The translations under genes were made by a program, and so were the position numbers. A stretch of 64,000 nt of DNA from Gammaproteobacteria bacterium (GTDB taxonomy: Bacteria; Pseudomonadota; Gammaproteobacteria; GCA-002705445; GCA-002716945), in the NCBI GenBank assembly GCA_038142325.1, contig JAYQJW010000002.1, forward strand, positions 766,575 through 830,574, given 5' to 3'. The notes beneath the pieces were generated by a model. It ran no database searches. It saw nothing but the letters and a program-made list of their open reading frames with translations, and was not told the origin of the DNA. Shown one piece after another: positions 33,412 to 45,067 of the stretch (positions are counted from its first letter, which is position 1; every line of letters begins with the position of its first letter).

Positions 33412-34740
33412 TATGATAATGTATCAATTACTTTTTTAGCTTCTTGAAGAAGATCTTCAGATTCATGTTCTATTAAAATACGTATCATTGATTGTGTTCC
33501 AGATTTTCTAACAAGAATTCTACCATCTTTTTGTAAAATTTTTTCTACTTTAGTAAATTTTGATTTATTATTGTTAATTAATATATCTGGTGATGATGTC
33601 TCAACATTAATTAACATAGATGGTACTTTTAAGCTCTTTGGGTATACCTCATAAATATTTTTATCTATGTCATACAACAGATGTATGAATTTTATCAAGG
33701 TAACAAGTGCATCACCAATAGGAATTTGAATAATGTCGTTACGCACTATATGTCCTGATGATTCAGTACCAATTAAACAATTATTTTTCTTTACAGCCTC
33801 AAGAACATTTTTATCGCCAACATCAGTCTCAACAAACTTAATACCATTCAAACTAAGATTTTTTCTTATACCGAAATTTGTCATAACTGTTCCAACAACT
33901 TTTTTTATATCATTTGAGTATATTGCGAATAAATATAGTAGATCGTCTCCATCAAGTATTTCCCCTACAGAATTAATAATAACAGCACGATCTCCATCTC
34001 CATCAAAGCAAATGCCAAAATCTATAAGAGTGTTCTCATTATTTTTATTATGATTAGAGACTATTTCTGATAACTGTTCAGGACAGACAGCACCGCATTT
34101 ATCATTAATATTTGAACCATTTGGTGAATTATTGAAAATATTGATATTAATATTATTTGTAAAATTTATGGTCGATATCACTTCAGACATTGCTCCGTTT
34201 GCACAATCAACAGCAATATTTAATTTATGAGAAGATTTTTTTTTAGAATTAAATATTTCTGTTATTTTATTTGAATAAATATCTCTGTATGAATCATCTT
34301 GAACCATTTGAATGCTTATGTCTGGATTAATGCTAATAGTTTCAGGTATTTTTTTCAACTTGAAGCTCTTCAGCTTGCGATAATTTTAAGCCATTACCAT
34401 TAAATATTTTGATACCATTATCCGTATAAGGATTATGAGATGCTGTGATGATTATTCCTACGGTATCTCTTTTATCATTCTCAGATAATATAATGGGTAT
34501 TGAGGGTGTAGGGAAAATACCTAAGTATTTTATTTCATATTGTCTATCAGATAATATACCCTCAAGTAGTTTGGTAATAATTTGAAGTGATGATTCTCTG
34601 CCGTCCTGACAAATTACTATTCTTTTGATATTTCCGTTGAAAAACTTAGATAAAGCAAAACCAATTTTTTGTATAAATGAATCATCTAACGGATAATTTC
34701 CATACTTACCTCTTATTCCATCTGTTCCGAATAGATTCAT
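33411..34740 (-). CDS. glmM: phosphoglucosamine mutase; frame broken once in a T7 run
   Basis: The N-terminal piece has FGTDGIRG and the phosphoserine loop TASHNPYTDNGIK. The C-terminal piece has DGDGDR and GTESSGH. Shortening T7 (34349-34355) by one base gives ..EELQVEKIPETISI.. Confidence 0.94.
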
Positions 34741-35540
34741 AATTCAGATGGTATAAGATCAATAAAATTCAATAGCATTTTTGTTTCTTTAACGTCATGT
34801 ACTCTTAAAATTGAGGCTCCATTTTTAATTGCTATTATTGTTGCAGCAAGTGAACCATATAGTCTTTCAGATGCGGGTTTATTTATAACATTTCCAATCA
34901 TGCTTTTGCGAGAAATACCCGATAAAATTCTGCAGCCTATTTTTGAGAATTTTGCTAAATTATTTAAGAGTATATAATTATGATTAAGTGTTTTACCAAA
35001 ACCGAAACCAGGATCGATAATTATTTTTTTTCTAGGAATCTCATAATCTAAACACCTCTTCACTTTTCCCTCTAAATAATGATATATGTCGTCTATAAGG
35101 TTGTCATACTTTGGATTATCCTGCATATTTTTTGGTGTACCTTGCATATGCATTAGAGAAACATATAGCTGATTCTCTTTTATTACATCATATAAATCTT
35201 CATCCTCTAGAGAAGAGATATCATTAACTATATTGATATTATACTTAGTTAGCTTCTTAATTACCTCAGAGCTTCTAGTATCTATTGATATGGGTATATT
35301 AGATATTTCTCGAATAGCTTCGACAACTGGTTCAATTTTTTTTATTTGCAAAGAGGGGGAAACTGGTTCTGAGCCAGGTTTGGATGATTCAGCGCCAATG
35401 TCTATGATATCAGCTCCGTCACTAATCATATTTGATGCGTGTTTAATTGATTTTTTTAAGTCATTAAACTTTCCACCATCATAAAATGAATTTTCTGTAA
35501 TATTTAAAACTCCCATTATTTCAATGTTATTCATTTTCAC
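34737..35540 (-). CDS. folP: dihydropteroate synthase
   Basis: It has IMGVLNITENSFYDGG, DIIDIGAESSKPG and the ..DPGFGFGK.. motif. Confidence 0.94.
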   Translation of the reverse strand: MKMNNIEIMGVLNITENSFYDGGKFNDLKKSIKHASNMISDGADIIDIGAESSKPGSEPVSPSLQIKKIEPVVEAIREISNIPISIDTRSSEVIKKLTKYNINIVNDISSLEDEDLYDVIKENQLYVSLMHMQGTPKNMQDNPKYDNLIDDIYHYLEGKVKRCLDYEIPRKKIIIDPGFGFGKTLNHNYILLNNLAKFSKIGCRILSGISRKSMIGNVINKPASERLYGSLAATIIAIKNGASILRVHDVKETKMLLNFIDLIPSEL

Positions 35541-36228
35541 CTTTAAATTTTTCTTTATATTTATCTACTCTTTCTTTAAATTTCTTTTGATACCATAAGA
35601 ATTCATTATCTTTAATTATAAACTCTTGAAACTCTAAATTAGGCGTACACATTAGTATAACCCCTTGTTGTATTTTTGTATTATGCTGCAAGTTATGAGC
35701 AAGCGCATATGCAGATGTTTGAAGAAAGTAATCACTAATCCATTCCCTTTTTTTCATTTTTTTTGATGACTTAAAATCAATGATAGATTCACAATTATCA
35801 TACACCCCACATAGATCGGTTGTTCCAGCGTGTGAGTCTGGATAAAATAAGGGAATTTCACAACCCCAAATTTCGTTTAACTTCTTTTCAAGAGCATGAC
35901 TAATGATTGTATCAGACATTTTTTTTTCAATATCATCTGAAAATTCAAAATTCAAAGACTGTTTTCCATGAAGGGCATCCTCTAAGTTCTTATGCATCTT
36001 ATCGCCCCTTGATGTTGACTCATTTATAATTCGTGTTTCCTCAACTTGTCCCACTCTATCCCTCCATGCGTTTAATGAATCAATATCTTTTTGTGCTTTT
36101 GTTTTTTCTAGAATAGTAGTTACAGATGGAACTTTGTTTCCATCAAGACTGTAATGGCGCGCTCCTGATTTATCAGTAACTCTTTTTAGAGCGCTATAGA
36201 TGAATCTTTTATTCCAAAGATGTAGCAA
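35527..36228 (-). CDS. RecB/Cas4-like PD-(D/E)XK nuclease superfamily protein (no Cys cluster)
   Basis: The motifs appear in order: PSVTTIL; GTTDL (GxxD); ESIIDFK ((D/E)xK); QTSAYALA (QxxxY). The start appears to be TTG at 36228. The 3' end overlaps the folP start by 14 nt. It is inserted between ftsH and folP, which are adjacent in E. coli. Confidence 0.6.
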   Translation of the reverse strand: MLHLWNKRFIYSALKRVTDKSGARHYSLDGNKVPSVTTILEKTKAQKDIDSLNAWRDRVGQVEETRIINESTSRGDKMHKNLEDALHGKQSLNFEFSDDIEKKMSDTIISHALEKKLNEIWGCEIPLFYPDSHAGTTDLCGVYDNCESIIDFKSSKKMKKREWISDYFLQTSAYALAHNLQHNTKIQQGVILMCTPNLEFQEFIIKDNEFLWYQKKFKERVDKYKEKFKGENE

Positions 36229-36240
36229 ATAATATGTCCA

Positions 36241-36268
36241 TGCTAGTAATAATTTTTATATACTAGCA
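36241..36268. repeat. perfect 8-bp-arm inverted repeat between ftsH and the PD-(D/E)XK gene
   Basis: TGCTAGTA (36241-36248) and TACTAGCA (36261-36268) flank a 12-nt AT loop. No U-tract follows on the minus strand, so it is not a canonical terminator. Confidence 0.35.
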
Positions 36269-36286
36269 CGAACTCTTTTTATTGTC

Positions 36287-38197
36287 TTATGATGCTGGGG
36301 ATGCTGAAGGGCTGTCTTTTGATGCCACGTCAGATGGCTTGCCAGAAGAGCTGTTATCATCATCTGACCAACTATCGGGTGCATCTGGAACTTTGCCTTC
36401 CATTATCTGATCAATTTGTTCGACATCGATAGTCTCATATTTCATGAGAGCATCAGCCATTAGGTGCATCTTATCTAAATTGTCTTTGATAAGTTTAGTA
36501 GCTCTAGTGTACTGAGTATCAATAATTTTCCTGATTTCAGTATCAATCGAACTAACAGTTTCATTAGATATATTTTTGTTATTTTGAGATGCTGATTTTC
36601 CTAGAAAAACTTCTTGTTGTTCCTCTCCGTAAGCAAGCGGGCCCATTTTATCAGAAAGACCCCATTTCGTGACCATATTACGAGCTAAGTCAGTGGCTCT
36701 CTCAATGTCATTGGAGGCTCCTGTGGTCACAGCGTCATCACCAAATATAACTTCTTCTGCGACACGCCCTCCGAACAGAGCAGCAATCATGCTATTGATA
36801 CGTTGCCTGCTATTACTGTATCTGTCCTCCTCTGGCAGAAACATCGTCACGCCAAGGGCTCTTCCTCTAGGAATAATACTTACTTTGTATACTGGGTCAT
36901 GGTCAGGTACGAGCCTTCCAACAATTGCATGTCCTGCTTCATGATAAGCTGTAAGTTTTTTCTCATCATCATTCATAACCATTGATTTGCGTTCTCCGCC
37001 CATGAGAATTTTGTCTTTAGCTTTTTCGAAATCATCCATATCAACGATTTTTTTATTTGCTCTTGCAGCAAATAAAGCTGCTTCGTTAACCAAATTTGCT
37101 AAGTCAGCACCAGAGAATCCTGGTGTACCTCTTGCAAGTATTTTAGGGTTAACATCATTTGCAATTGGTGTTTTTCTCATGTGAACTTTAAGAATTTGCT
37201 CTCTGCCACGTATATCAGGAAGAGGTACTGTAACTTGTCTATCAAATCTTCCAGGTCTTAGAAGTGCAGGATCAAGTACATCAGGTCGGTTAGTTGCCGC
37301 AATAACAATAACTCCCTCATTTCCTTCAAACCCGTCCATTTCAACAAGAAGCTGATTCAAAGTTTGTTCACGTTCATCATGACCTCCACCTAAACCTGCG
37401 CCTCTGTGTCTTCCGACAGCATCTATTTCATCAATAAAGATTATGCATGGAGCATGTTTTTTAGCTTGTTCAAACATATCTCTAACTCTGGATGCTCCAA
37501 CACCAACAAACATCTCTACGAAATCTGATCCAGAAATAGTGAAAAAAGGAACTTTAGCTTCACCTGCGATTGCTCTAGCAAGAAGTGTTTTACCGGTACC
37601 AGGTGAACCTGACATTAAAACGCCTCTTGGTATATTACCGCCTAGATTTTGAAACTTAGCAGGATCTCTTAGAAAATCTACCAACTCCTTAACTTCTTCT
37701 TTTGCTTCTTCAACTCCAGCTACGTCCTTAAAAGTTACTTTGACTTGATCTTCTGTTTGCATTTTTGCTTTACTTTTACCAAAGGACATTGCTCCTCTAC
37801 CACCGGCACCACCTTGCATTTGACGCATGAAAAATATCCACACACCTATTAATAGAAGGAATGGGAACCAGTGAATAAAAATCTGTGCTAAAAATGATTG
37901 TTTTTCTGGTGCTTTGCCGCTTATCCTTACTTTACCTTTTAAAAGCTCACCAATAAGCGCTGAGTTATCAGTCTCAGGGCTGTATGTCATAAAAGTTTCA
38001 CCTGACTTAAAAGAACCTGATATTTCTCTCCCGGAAATTGTTACTTCTTCAACTTGTCCAGTTTGGACTTGCTGCATAAAATCAGTGTAGTTATATTCTT
38101 GTGAAGCTGTATTTCTTCCACCTACGCCTGTAAACAGTGACATGATCACTACAGCGATTATCGTCCATATAACTAAATTTTTTACTAGGTCTCCCAT
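36287..38197 (-). CDS. ftsH: ATP-dependent zinc metalloprotease FtsH
   Basis: It has Walker [19 protein letters not shown], the SRH region and the Zn site HEAGHAIV. It is 636 aa. Confidence 0.97.
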   Translation of the reverse strand: MGDLVKNLVIWTIIAVVIMSLFTGVGGRNTASQEYNYTDFMQQVQTGQVEEVTISGREISGSFKSGETFMTYSPETDNSALIGELLKGKVRISGKAPEKQSFLAQIFIHWFPFLLLIGVWIFFMRQMQGGAGGRGAMSFGKSKAKMQTEDQVKVTFKDVAGVEEAKEEVKELVDFLRDPAKFQNLGGNIPRGVLMSGSPGTGKTLLARAIAGEAKVPFFTISGSDFVEMFVGVGASRVRDMFEQAKKHAPCIIFIDEIDAVGRHRGAGLGGGHDEREQTLNQLLVEMDGFEGNEGVIVIAATNRPDVLDPALLRPGRFDRQVTVPLPDIRGREQILKVHMRKTPIANDVNPKILARGTPGFSGADLANLVNEAALFAARANKKIVDMDDFEKAKDKILMGGERKSMVMNDDEKKLTAYHEAGHAIVGRLVPDHDPVYKVSIIPRGRALGVTMFLPEEDRYSNSRQRINSMIAALFGGRVAEEVIFGDDAVTTGASNDIERATDLARNMVTKWGLSDKMGPLAYGEEQQEVFLGKSASQNNKNISNETVSSIDTEIRKIIDTQYTRATKLIKDNLDKMHLMADALMKYETIDVEQIDQIMEGKVPDAPDSWSDDDNSSSGKPSDVASKDSPSASPAS

Positions 38198-38258
38198 AAT
38201 ACTCCCTACTTTAGAATCATTCTAAGTTTGACATTGTTAATTAATAATTTCAATCATA

Positions 38259-38870
38259 TCAGTCTTTAAATCCATTACAAATGAAGAATATTTCATTACT
38301 TTTGCTTCTTGATGATTCTGGCTTGAATGAATTTACCTTATTAAATGAGCCTCCTAGCTTATTTCTTACCATGTCATAAGATGATCCATTAAAAAACTTC
38401 ATAACTAAAATCCCTTTTTTCTTAAGAAGAATCGAGCATATTTCAAGTATTGACTCAAATATTTCAACAAAATTTGCCTGATCAATATCTTCTATACCTG
38501 TAATGTTAGGGGCTATATCTGATAAAACAAGGTCTGCCCTAGTGATTAATTTATTGATTTGTTCTCTGCTACAGGGTTCATTTATATCGCCACGTATAAA
38601 ATTTACGTTATTTATGGGCTTCATCTCTAGCATATCTATGGCAACAATATTTTTTTTATCATAATTCTTAGATATGTACTCTGACCAAGAACCTGGAGCA
38701 GAACCAAGATCAAGTATATTATGGCACGAATTTATAATTTTAAATTTATTGTCAATTTCAAAAAGTTTGTGGAAAGCTCTCGACCTATAACCTTCAGATT
38801 GAGATAGTTTTACATATTTATCTTTTGAATGTTTATTTATCCAAGTTTTTGTACTTTTCTTTTTCACCAT
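38259..38870 (-). CDS. rlmE: 23S rRNA (uridine2552-2'-O)-methyltransferase
   Basis: It has GYRSRAFHKLFEID and the SAM motif LDLGSAPGSWSEY. It lies upstream of ftsH as in E. coli. Confidence 0.92.
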   Translation of the reverse strand: MVKKKSTKTWINKHSKDKYVKLSQSEGYRSRAFHKLFEIDNKFKIINSCHNILDLGSAPGSWSEYISKNYDKKNIVAIDMLEMKPINNVNFIRGDINEPCSREQINKLITRADLVLSDIAPNITGIEDIDQANFVEIFESILEICSILLKKKGILVMKFFNGSSYDMVRNKLGGSFNKVNSFKPESSRSKSNEIFFICNGFKD

Positions 38871-38889
38871 TACGTTATAACCTTACAAC

Positions 38890-39396
38890 ATGGCTAAAGT
38901 AACATTGAAAGGTAATGAAGTTAATACTAATTCCGATATTGTTAGCGTGGGTACATCAGCGCCAGATTTTACATTAGTTGATTCTGATCTTAATGATATT
39001 AGTTTATCGAATTTTGAAGGTAAAAATAAAATTCTAAGTATTGTTCCAAGTTTAGATACCCCAGTATGCCAAAAATCTACACTAGTCTTTAATGAGAAGG
39101 TTAATCAACTGAATGACACTGTTATGTTGATAGTATCAAGTGATTTGCCATTTGCAATGAAGCGTTTTTGTACAGCTGAATCGTTGAATAATGTTGTTCC
39201 AGTGTCCATGATGCGAACACGTAGTTTTGCAAAAGACTATGGCGTTCTTCTTGTTGATGGGCCTCTCTCAGGCATTACAACAAGAGCTGTTGTAACGATA
39301 TCAAAAGATAATAAAATTCTTCACTCAGAATTGGTATCAGAGATCGCTAACGAACCAAACTACCAAGCTGCGCTAGATTCTATTTCAAATAATTAA
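38890..39396 (+). CDS. tpx: thiol peroxidase (Tpx-type peroxiredoxin)
   Basis: It has APDFTLVDSDL..SIVPSLDTPVCQ and is 168 aa. Confidence 0.9.
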   Translation: MAKVTLKGNEVNTNSDIVSVGTSAPDFTLVDSDLNDISLSNFEGKNKILSIVPSLDTPVCQKSTLVFNEKVNQLNDTVMLIVSSDLPFAMKRFCTAESLNNVVPVSMMRTRSFAKDYGVLLVDGPLSGITTRAVVTISKDNKILHSELVSEIANEPNYQAALDSISNN

Positions 39397-40616
39397 TGTC
39401 ATTTACTAAAAAAATCATTGTATCAATGATTTTAGGTATTATTTTTGGTGTACTTATAAATATGATAGATGTAAGTCAATCTAGTACTCATTCAATTATA
39501 ATTAATGGTCTCGATCTAGTGTCTCATTTATTTCTCTCGGCACTAAAATTAATCATAATACCTCTGATATTCTTCTCTATTGTTTGTGGAATAGTGTCGT
39601 TATCTGAAGATGTTTCAATTTCAAGATTAGGAATTAAAACAATATCTTTGTACCTAGTTACTACAATCATTGCTATATCACTAGGCTTATTGTTTGCCTC
39701 ACTAATATCATATGAGCCTGTTCTAGTAACGGATTTAAATAGTGAAATTAATGTAAAAGATATACAAAGTGAAAATAATTTTTTCCCTAGTAATATTTTT
39801 AAATCAATGGTTGATGGAAATATTATTCATTTATTAATTTTTTCAATCTTAATTGGAATATCTGCATCAAGAATAAAAGAAAAAATAAAAACCTTCATAA
39901 AATATGTTCATGAATTTAATGAGGTTATCAATGAACTTGTTAAGATAATAATATCGTTTACTCCATTAGCGGTTTTTTGTATCTTATCAAAAACATTTGC
40001 AACGCAAGGTCTAGATACTCTCATGCCTTTAATGGGATATTTTTTGACTGTTGTTGCCGCACTAATACTTCATTTTTTTATTACATTTTCACTTCTACTG
40101 AAAATTTTCACGAGTCTTGATCCATTAATATTTTATCGGAACATTAAAGATGTTCTGGTGTTTACATTCAGTACATCAAGTAGCAGTGCATCAATCCCAT
40201 TTACATTGAAGACCGCTAACGAGAAATGTGGTGTAGATACATCAATAAGCACATTTAGTATCCCATTAGGTGCAACTATTAATATGGACGGGACTGCTAT
40301 AATGCAAGGCTGCGCGACTTTCTTTCTTGCAAGCTTGTATGGTATTGATCTTGGTATAAATGAAATACTTATTATCGTAATAACTGCAACAATTGCATCA
40401 ATTGGAACGGCAGGAATTCCAAGCGCTGGAATAATAATGCTTACAGTGATTTTTACTCAAATTGGTATACCTCTAGAAGGTATTACGCTTCTGCTAGGGG
40501 TAGACAGGCTTTTGGATATGATGAGAACATCGGTTAACGTAAGCGGAGATCTATGTATAAGCTGTATAGTAGCTTCATCAGAAGATAAATTAGATCATAA
40601 TACTTTTAAGTCTTAA
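39396..40616 (+). CDS. dicarboxylate/amino acid:cation symporter (DAACS/GltP family)
   Basis: It is a 406-aa polytopic protein with family motifs FSTSSSSASIP, GATINMDGTA, GTAGIPSAG and VDRLLDMMRTSVNVSGD. Confidence 0.82.
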   Translation: MSFTKKIIVSMILGIIFGVLINMIDVSQSSTHSIIINGLDLVSHLFLSALKLIIIPLIFFSIVCGIVSLSEDVSISRLGIKTISLYLVTTIIAISLGLLFASLISYEPVLVTDLNSEINVKDIQSENNFFPSNIFKSMVDGNIIHLLIFSILIGISASRIKEKIKTFIKYVHEFNEVINELVKIIISFTPLAVFCILSKTFATQGLDTLMPLMGYFLTVVAALILHFFITFSLLLKIFTSLDPLIFYRNIKDVLVFTFSTSSSSASIPFTLKTANEKCGVDTSISTFSIPLGATINMDGTAIMQGCATFFLASLYGIDLGINEILIIVITATIASIGTAGIPSAGIIMLTVIFTQIGIPLEGITLLLGVDRLLDMMRTSVNVSGDLCISCIVASSEDKLDHNTFKS

Positions 40617-40619
40617 TAT

Positions 40620-43600
40620 TTATGACAACGACTTATGTCTCTCTTTGAGATCTTGAACTCCAAAGTCATCTATGAATTTAATCGCTTTACAAAAAGCTTT
40701 AGCACCTGACACGGTAGTCGTTAGAGATATCTTATGATTTTGTGCTTCTTTTCTAATTGAAAATGAGTCTTTAATAGATCTTGCCCCTTCTGTTGTATTA
40801 ATAATCAAATGTACTTCATTGTTTTTTATCATATCAACAATGTGTGGGTGTCCGTCTTTAACTTTATTAATTCTAGTACAATCAACACCTGACTCAATGA
40901 GATGATTAAAGGTTCCAGAGGTTGCAAAAATCTTAAACCCCATACTAATTAATTCAGATGCAACATCACAAATGGGTTTTTTATCATGATCTCTTACGCT
41001 TATAAAAACATTCCCAGTTTTGGGAAGTATCACACCAGCAGCCCTCTGAGCTTTAAAATATGCCTCGCCAAATGTCTTTCCAAATCCCATAACTTCACCT
41101 GTTGATTTCATTTCAGGCCCAAGTAATACATCTACCTCAGGAAACTTACTAAATGGAAAAACAGCCTCTTTTACAGAAAAGTAAGTTTCGTTTTTAAGAT
41201 TAGGTAAGTTTAAATCTTTTATCTTAATTCCAGACATTACTAGAGCTCCTAGTTTAGCGAGCTGCAGGCCGATTGCTTTTGAGACAAATGGTGCTGTTCT
41301 TGATGCTCTTGGATTAGCTTCAAGTAAAAATATTTCATCTCCTTTAATTGCAAATTGCGCATTCATTAATCCAACTACATTTAATGCTAAAGCTAAACGA
41401 GAAGCCTCTCTCTTAACTGATCAACAGTGCTTTGATTTAAAGTATATGGAGGTAGTGAGCAACCTGAATCGCCTGAATGAATCCCTGCTTCTTCAATATG
41501 CTCCATTATTCCAGCAATATAAACATCTTCTCCATCACATATTAAATCAATATCAACTTCGATAGCATCATTCAGAAATTTATCGAGAAGAATCGGAGAG
41601 TCATCAGATACATCAACTGCCTCTTTCATATACTTTTCCAGATCTGCAGTATTCGTAACTATTTCCATGGCCCTACCACCAAGAACATATGAAGGTCTAA
41701 CAACAATTGGATAACCAATTTTTTCTGCTGAATTCTTTGCTTGCGAAATTGTTGTTACAGTATCATTAAGCGGCTGTTTAAGCTTTAGAGATTCAATTAG
41801 TTGCTTAAATCTCTCCCTATCTTCTGCTAAATCAATGGAGTCTGGAGAGGTACCTATTATATTTACTCCACATTTCTCAAGTTCATCTGCAAGTTTAAGT
41901 GGTGTTTGTCCACCGTATTGAACAATTACGCCCCACGGTTTTTCTATATCTATTACGGACATAACATCTTCTACGGTCAACGGCTCAAAATATAGCCTAT
42001 CGGAGGTGTCATAATCAGTTGATACAGTTTCAGGATTACAATTGATCATAATTGTTTCATACCCAGCTTGTCTGAGAGCCATCGATGCATGAACACAACA
42101 ATAATCAAATTCTATTCCTTGTCCTATTCTATTTGGTCCGCCTCCAAGTATCATAACCTTCTTATTGTTCGTTGGATTAGCCTCACAAAAATCAGAATAG
42201 GTTGAATACATATATGCAGTAGAAGATTCAAATTCAGCAGCACAAGTGTCGATACGTTTAAAAACAGGATGTATTGATTCATTTTTCCTAAAATTACGTA
42301 TTTCAATTTCTTTAACTTTAAGTAAATGAGCTAACATTTTGTCAGAAAAACCATCTGATTTTAATTTTTTTAGTAGAGGTTTAATTGATACAAGTGACTT
42401 ACCTTTGATTGTTGTCTCAGAATCAACTATTTCTTTTATTTGGGACAGAAACCAAATATCTATAAAACATAAATTAAAAATTGATTCCATTGACATTCCT
42501 TCTCTAAATGCTTGAGCGATATAAAGTATTCTGTTTGAAGATGGGGTAGAAATTTCTTTTACGATTAAATCTTGTCTTTCTTTTGGAGATAGTGACTCAT
42601 CAAACTTTATTTCTGAAAAACCATCTATACCTATTTCCAAGCCTCTTAATGCTTTTTGTAAAGATTCTTTGAAATTTCCTCCTATCGCCATTACTTCACC
42701 AACGGATTTCATTTGTGTTGTTAAATGAGCATCAGCTTCTTTAAATTTTTCAAACGCAAATCGTGGTATTTTTGTAACAATATAGTCTATGGATGGTTCA
42801 AAAGATGATGGAATTATGTCTCCTGTAATTTCATTTCTAAGTTCATCAAGCGTATAACCAATAGCTAACTTTGCAGCAACTTTTGCAATTGGAAACCCAG
42901 TAGCCTTAGATGCTAGAGCTGAAGACCTTGATACTCTTGGATTCATCTCTATTACATAAATTTTACCATTGCTTGGATTTACAGCAAATTGGACATTAGA
43001 GCCTCCGGTATCTACTCCAATTTTTCTGAGGACTTGGATAGATTGATTTCTTAGATTTTGATATTCCTTGTCTGTTAAAGTTTGAGCTGGCGCAACAGTG
43101 ATTGAATCACCCGTATGTACACCCATAGGATCAAAATTTTCAATTGAACAAATTATGATGCAGTTATCATTTTTGTCTCTTACTACCTCCATCTCAAATT
43201 CTTTCCATCCTATGACAGATTCTTCAAGTAATACTTCACTTGTTGGAGAAAGGTCTAGCCCTCTTTTTACAATTTTCTCAAAATCTTGTTTATTGTAGGC
43301 AATACCTCCTCCAGTTCCACCTAATGTAAAAGACGGTCTTATAATTATTGGATATCCTATATCTTTCTGAATATCTAACGCTTGATTGAAATCTTTAGCA
43401 ACCTTTGCTCTAGGTGTCTCAAGACCTATGTCATCCATGGCTTGTTTGAATAACTCTCTATCTTCAGCCATGTCTATTGAATTTATACTCGCTCCAATAA
43501 TTCGGACATCATATTTTTGGAGAATTTTATGTCTATTAAGATCAAGTGTAGTATTTAATGCTGTTTGTCCTCCCATAGTTGGTAAAATTGCATCAGGTTT

Positions 43601-43843
43601 CTCAGCCGCTATAATCTTCTCAATATTTCTCCAGTGGATAGGTTCAATATATATTCTGTCTGCCATTTCTGGGTCAGTCATGATAGTTGCCGGGTTTGAA
43701 TTTACAAGAATTGTTTTGATACCTTCTTCTTTTAGAGCTTTACATGCTTGAACTCCTGAATAATCAAATTCACATGCTTGCCCAATTATGATTGGGCCAG
43801 CTCCAATCACTAAAACACTTTTGATATCATTATTTTTAGGCAT
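40620..43843 (-). CDS. carB: carbamoyl-phosphate synthase large subunit; frame broken once
   Basis: It has two ATP-grasp halves and an MGS-like tail. The N-terminal piece ends ..[24 protein letters not shown]. The C-terminal piece continues [31 protein letters not shown]. The frames join at about 41400-41412, and one extra G at CC 41405-41406 restores E. coli-like length. Confidence 0.96.
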
Positions 43844-44963
43844 TTCTGTTCGTCATAGATGTAATAAATTTTTCGAATAAATAATAGATGTCTTGAGGTC
43901 CCGGGCTTGCTTCAGGATGTCCTTGAAAACCATAAGCCGGAGAATCCAATAATTCGATTCCTTGCAATGAATCATCGAATAGAGACTTATGTGTAATTTT
44001 ATGATTATCCGTTAATGATGATAGTTCAACAGCAAAACCATGATTTTGACTAGTAATTGAAACTTTCCTTGTTTCTGTATCAATTACAGGATGATTAGCT
44101 CCATGATGACCAAATTTCATTTTGTAGGTCTTAGCACCTGATGCTAAACATAATAATTGAAAGCCTAAACATATTCCAAATACTGGTATTTTTGATGAAA
44201 TAATTTTTTTAATATTTTCAATTGCATAACTACATGCCGAAGGATCTCCAGGGCCATTGGATAAAAAGATGCCATCGGGGTTTTTATTTTCTAGATCCGC
44301 AAAAGGATAATTAGCAGGTAAGACCGTAATGTCACAGCCCAAATCATACAAAATTCTCAAAATATTTTTCTTTATTCCAAAATCATATGCGTAAACATGA
44401 AACCTCTTTTTAATATTATTTCTTTTTTTATTTAGAATAAGATCATGTGTACCCTCTTTCCATTCATATGTATTTTGAGTGCTCACAACTTTAGCTAAAT
44501 CTAAGCCATCTAGACCAGAAAAGTCAGATAATAATTTTTTTGCCTCATCAAGTTTCTCGATGTTGGGAACAAGGCATCCGTTTAGGGATCCTTTTTTTCT
44601 CAAAAGTGATGTCAAATGTCTTGTGTCTACTGAACACAAGGCAGCAATATTTCTATCACGTAAAAAATCTATTAAACTTTTTTCTTTTCGCCAGCTACTG
44701 TCCAGAGTTGGGTAGTTGCGAAGAATGACTCCAGAACATCCATCCTTATCGGATTCTTGGTCATGATAGTTGGTTCCTGTGTTTCCAATATGTGGATTAG
44801 TGAAAGTGATGATTTGACTGTTGTAAGAAGGATCGGTAATCATTTCTTGATAACCAGTCATCGAAGTATTAAAAACAATTTCTCCGACAGTAATTTCATC
44901 GCTACCAATGGATTGAGCTGCTATTACAGTACCATCATCAGTTAATATAGCTGCTCGTTTCAA
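43836..44963 (-). CDS. carA: carbamoyl-phosphate synthase small subunit
   Basis: It has [18 protein letters not shown] and the GATase triad region [16 protein letters not shown]. The start is TTG, preceded by AAGGA 7 nt upstream. Confidence 0.95.
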   Translation of the reverse strand: MKRAAILTDDGTVIAAQSIGSDEITVGEIVFNTSMTGYQEMITDPSYNSQIITFTNPHIGNTGTNYHDQESDKDGCSGVILRNYPTLDSSWRKEKSLIDFLRDRNIAALCSVDTRHLTSLLRKKGSLNGCLVPNIEKLDEAKKLLSDFSGLDGLDLAKVVSTQNTYEWKEGTHDLILNKKRNNIKKRFHVYAYDFGIKKNILRILYDLGCDITVLPANYPFADLENKNPDGIFLSNGPGDPSACSYAIENIKKIISSKIPVFGICLGFQLLCLASGAKTYKMKFGHHGANHPVIDTETRKVSITSQNHGFAVELSSLTDNHKITHKSLFDDSLQGIELLDSPAYGFQGHPEASPGPQDIYYLFEKFITSMTNRNA

Positions 44964-44984
44964 AGACTTATCCTTGTTTTAAAT

Positions 44985-45018
44985 AAAAAAAAAAAGATGC
45001 CTCTAATTGAGACATCTT
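44985..45018 (-). terminator. intrinsic terminator downstream of rsmI, 21 nt upstream of the carA start
   Basis: The minus strand reads AAGATGTCTC-aatta-GAGGCATCTT (9 pairs, one mismatch) followed by T11 (plus-strand A11 at 44985-44995). Confidence 0.7.
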
Positions 45019-45067
45019 GGATTGTTTTTAGTAAGTTTCACTAAAACTAAATGATACGATAAAACAC

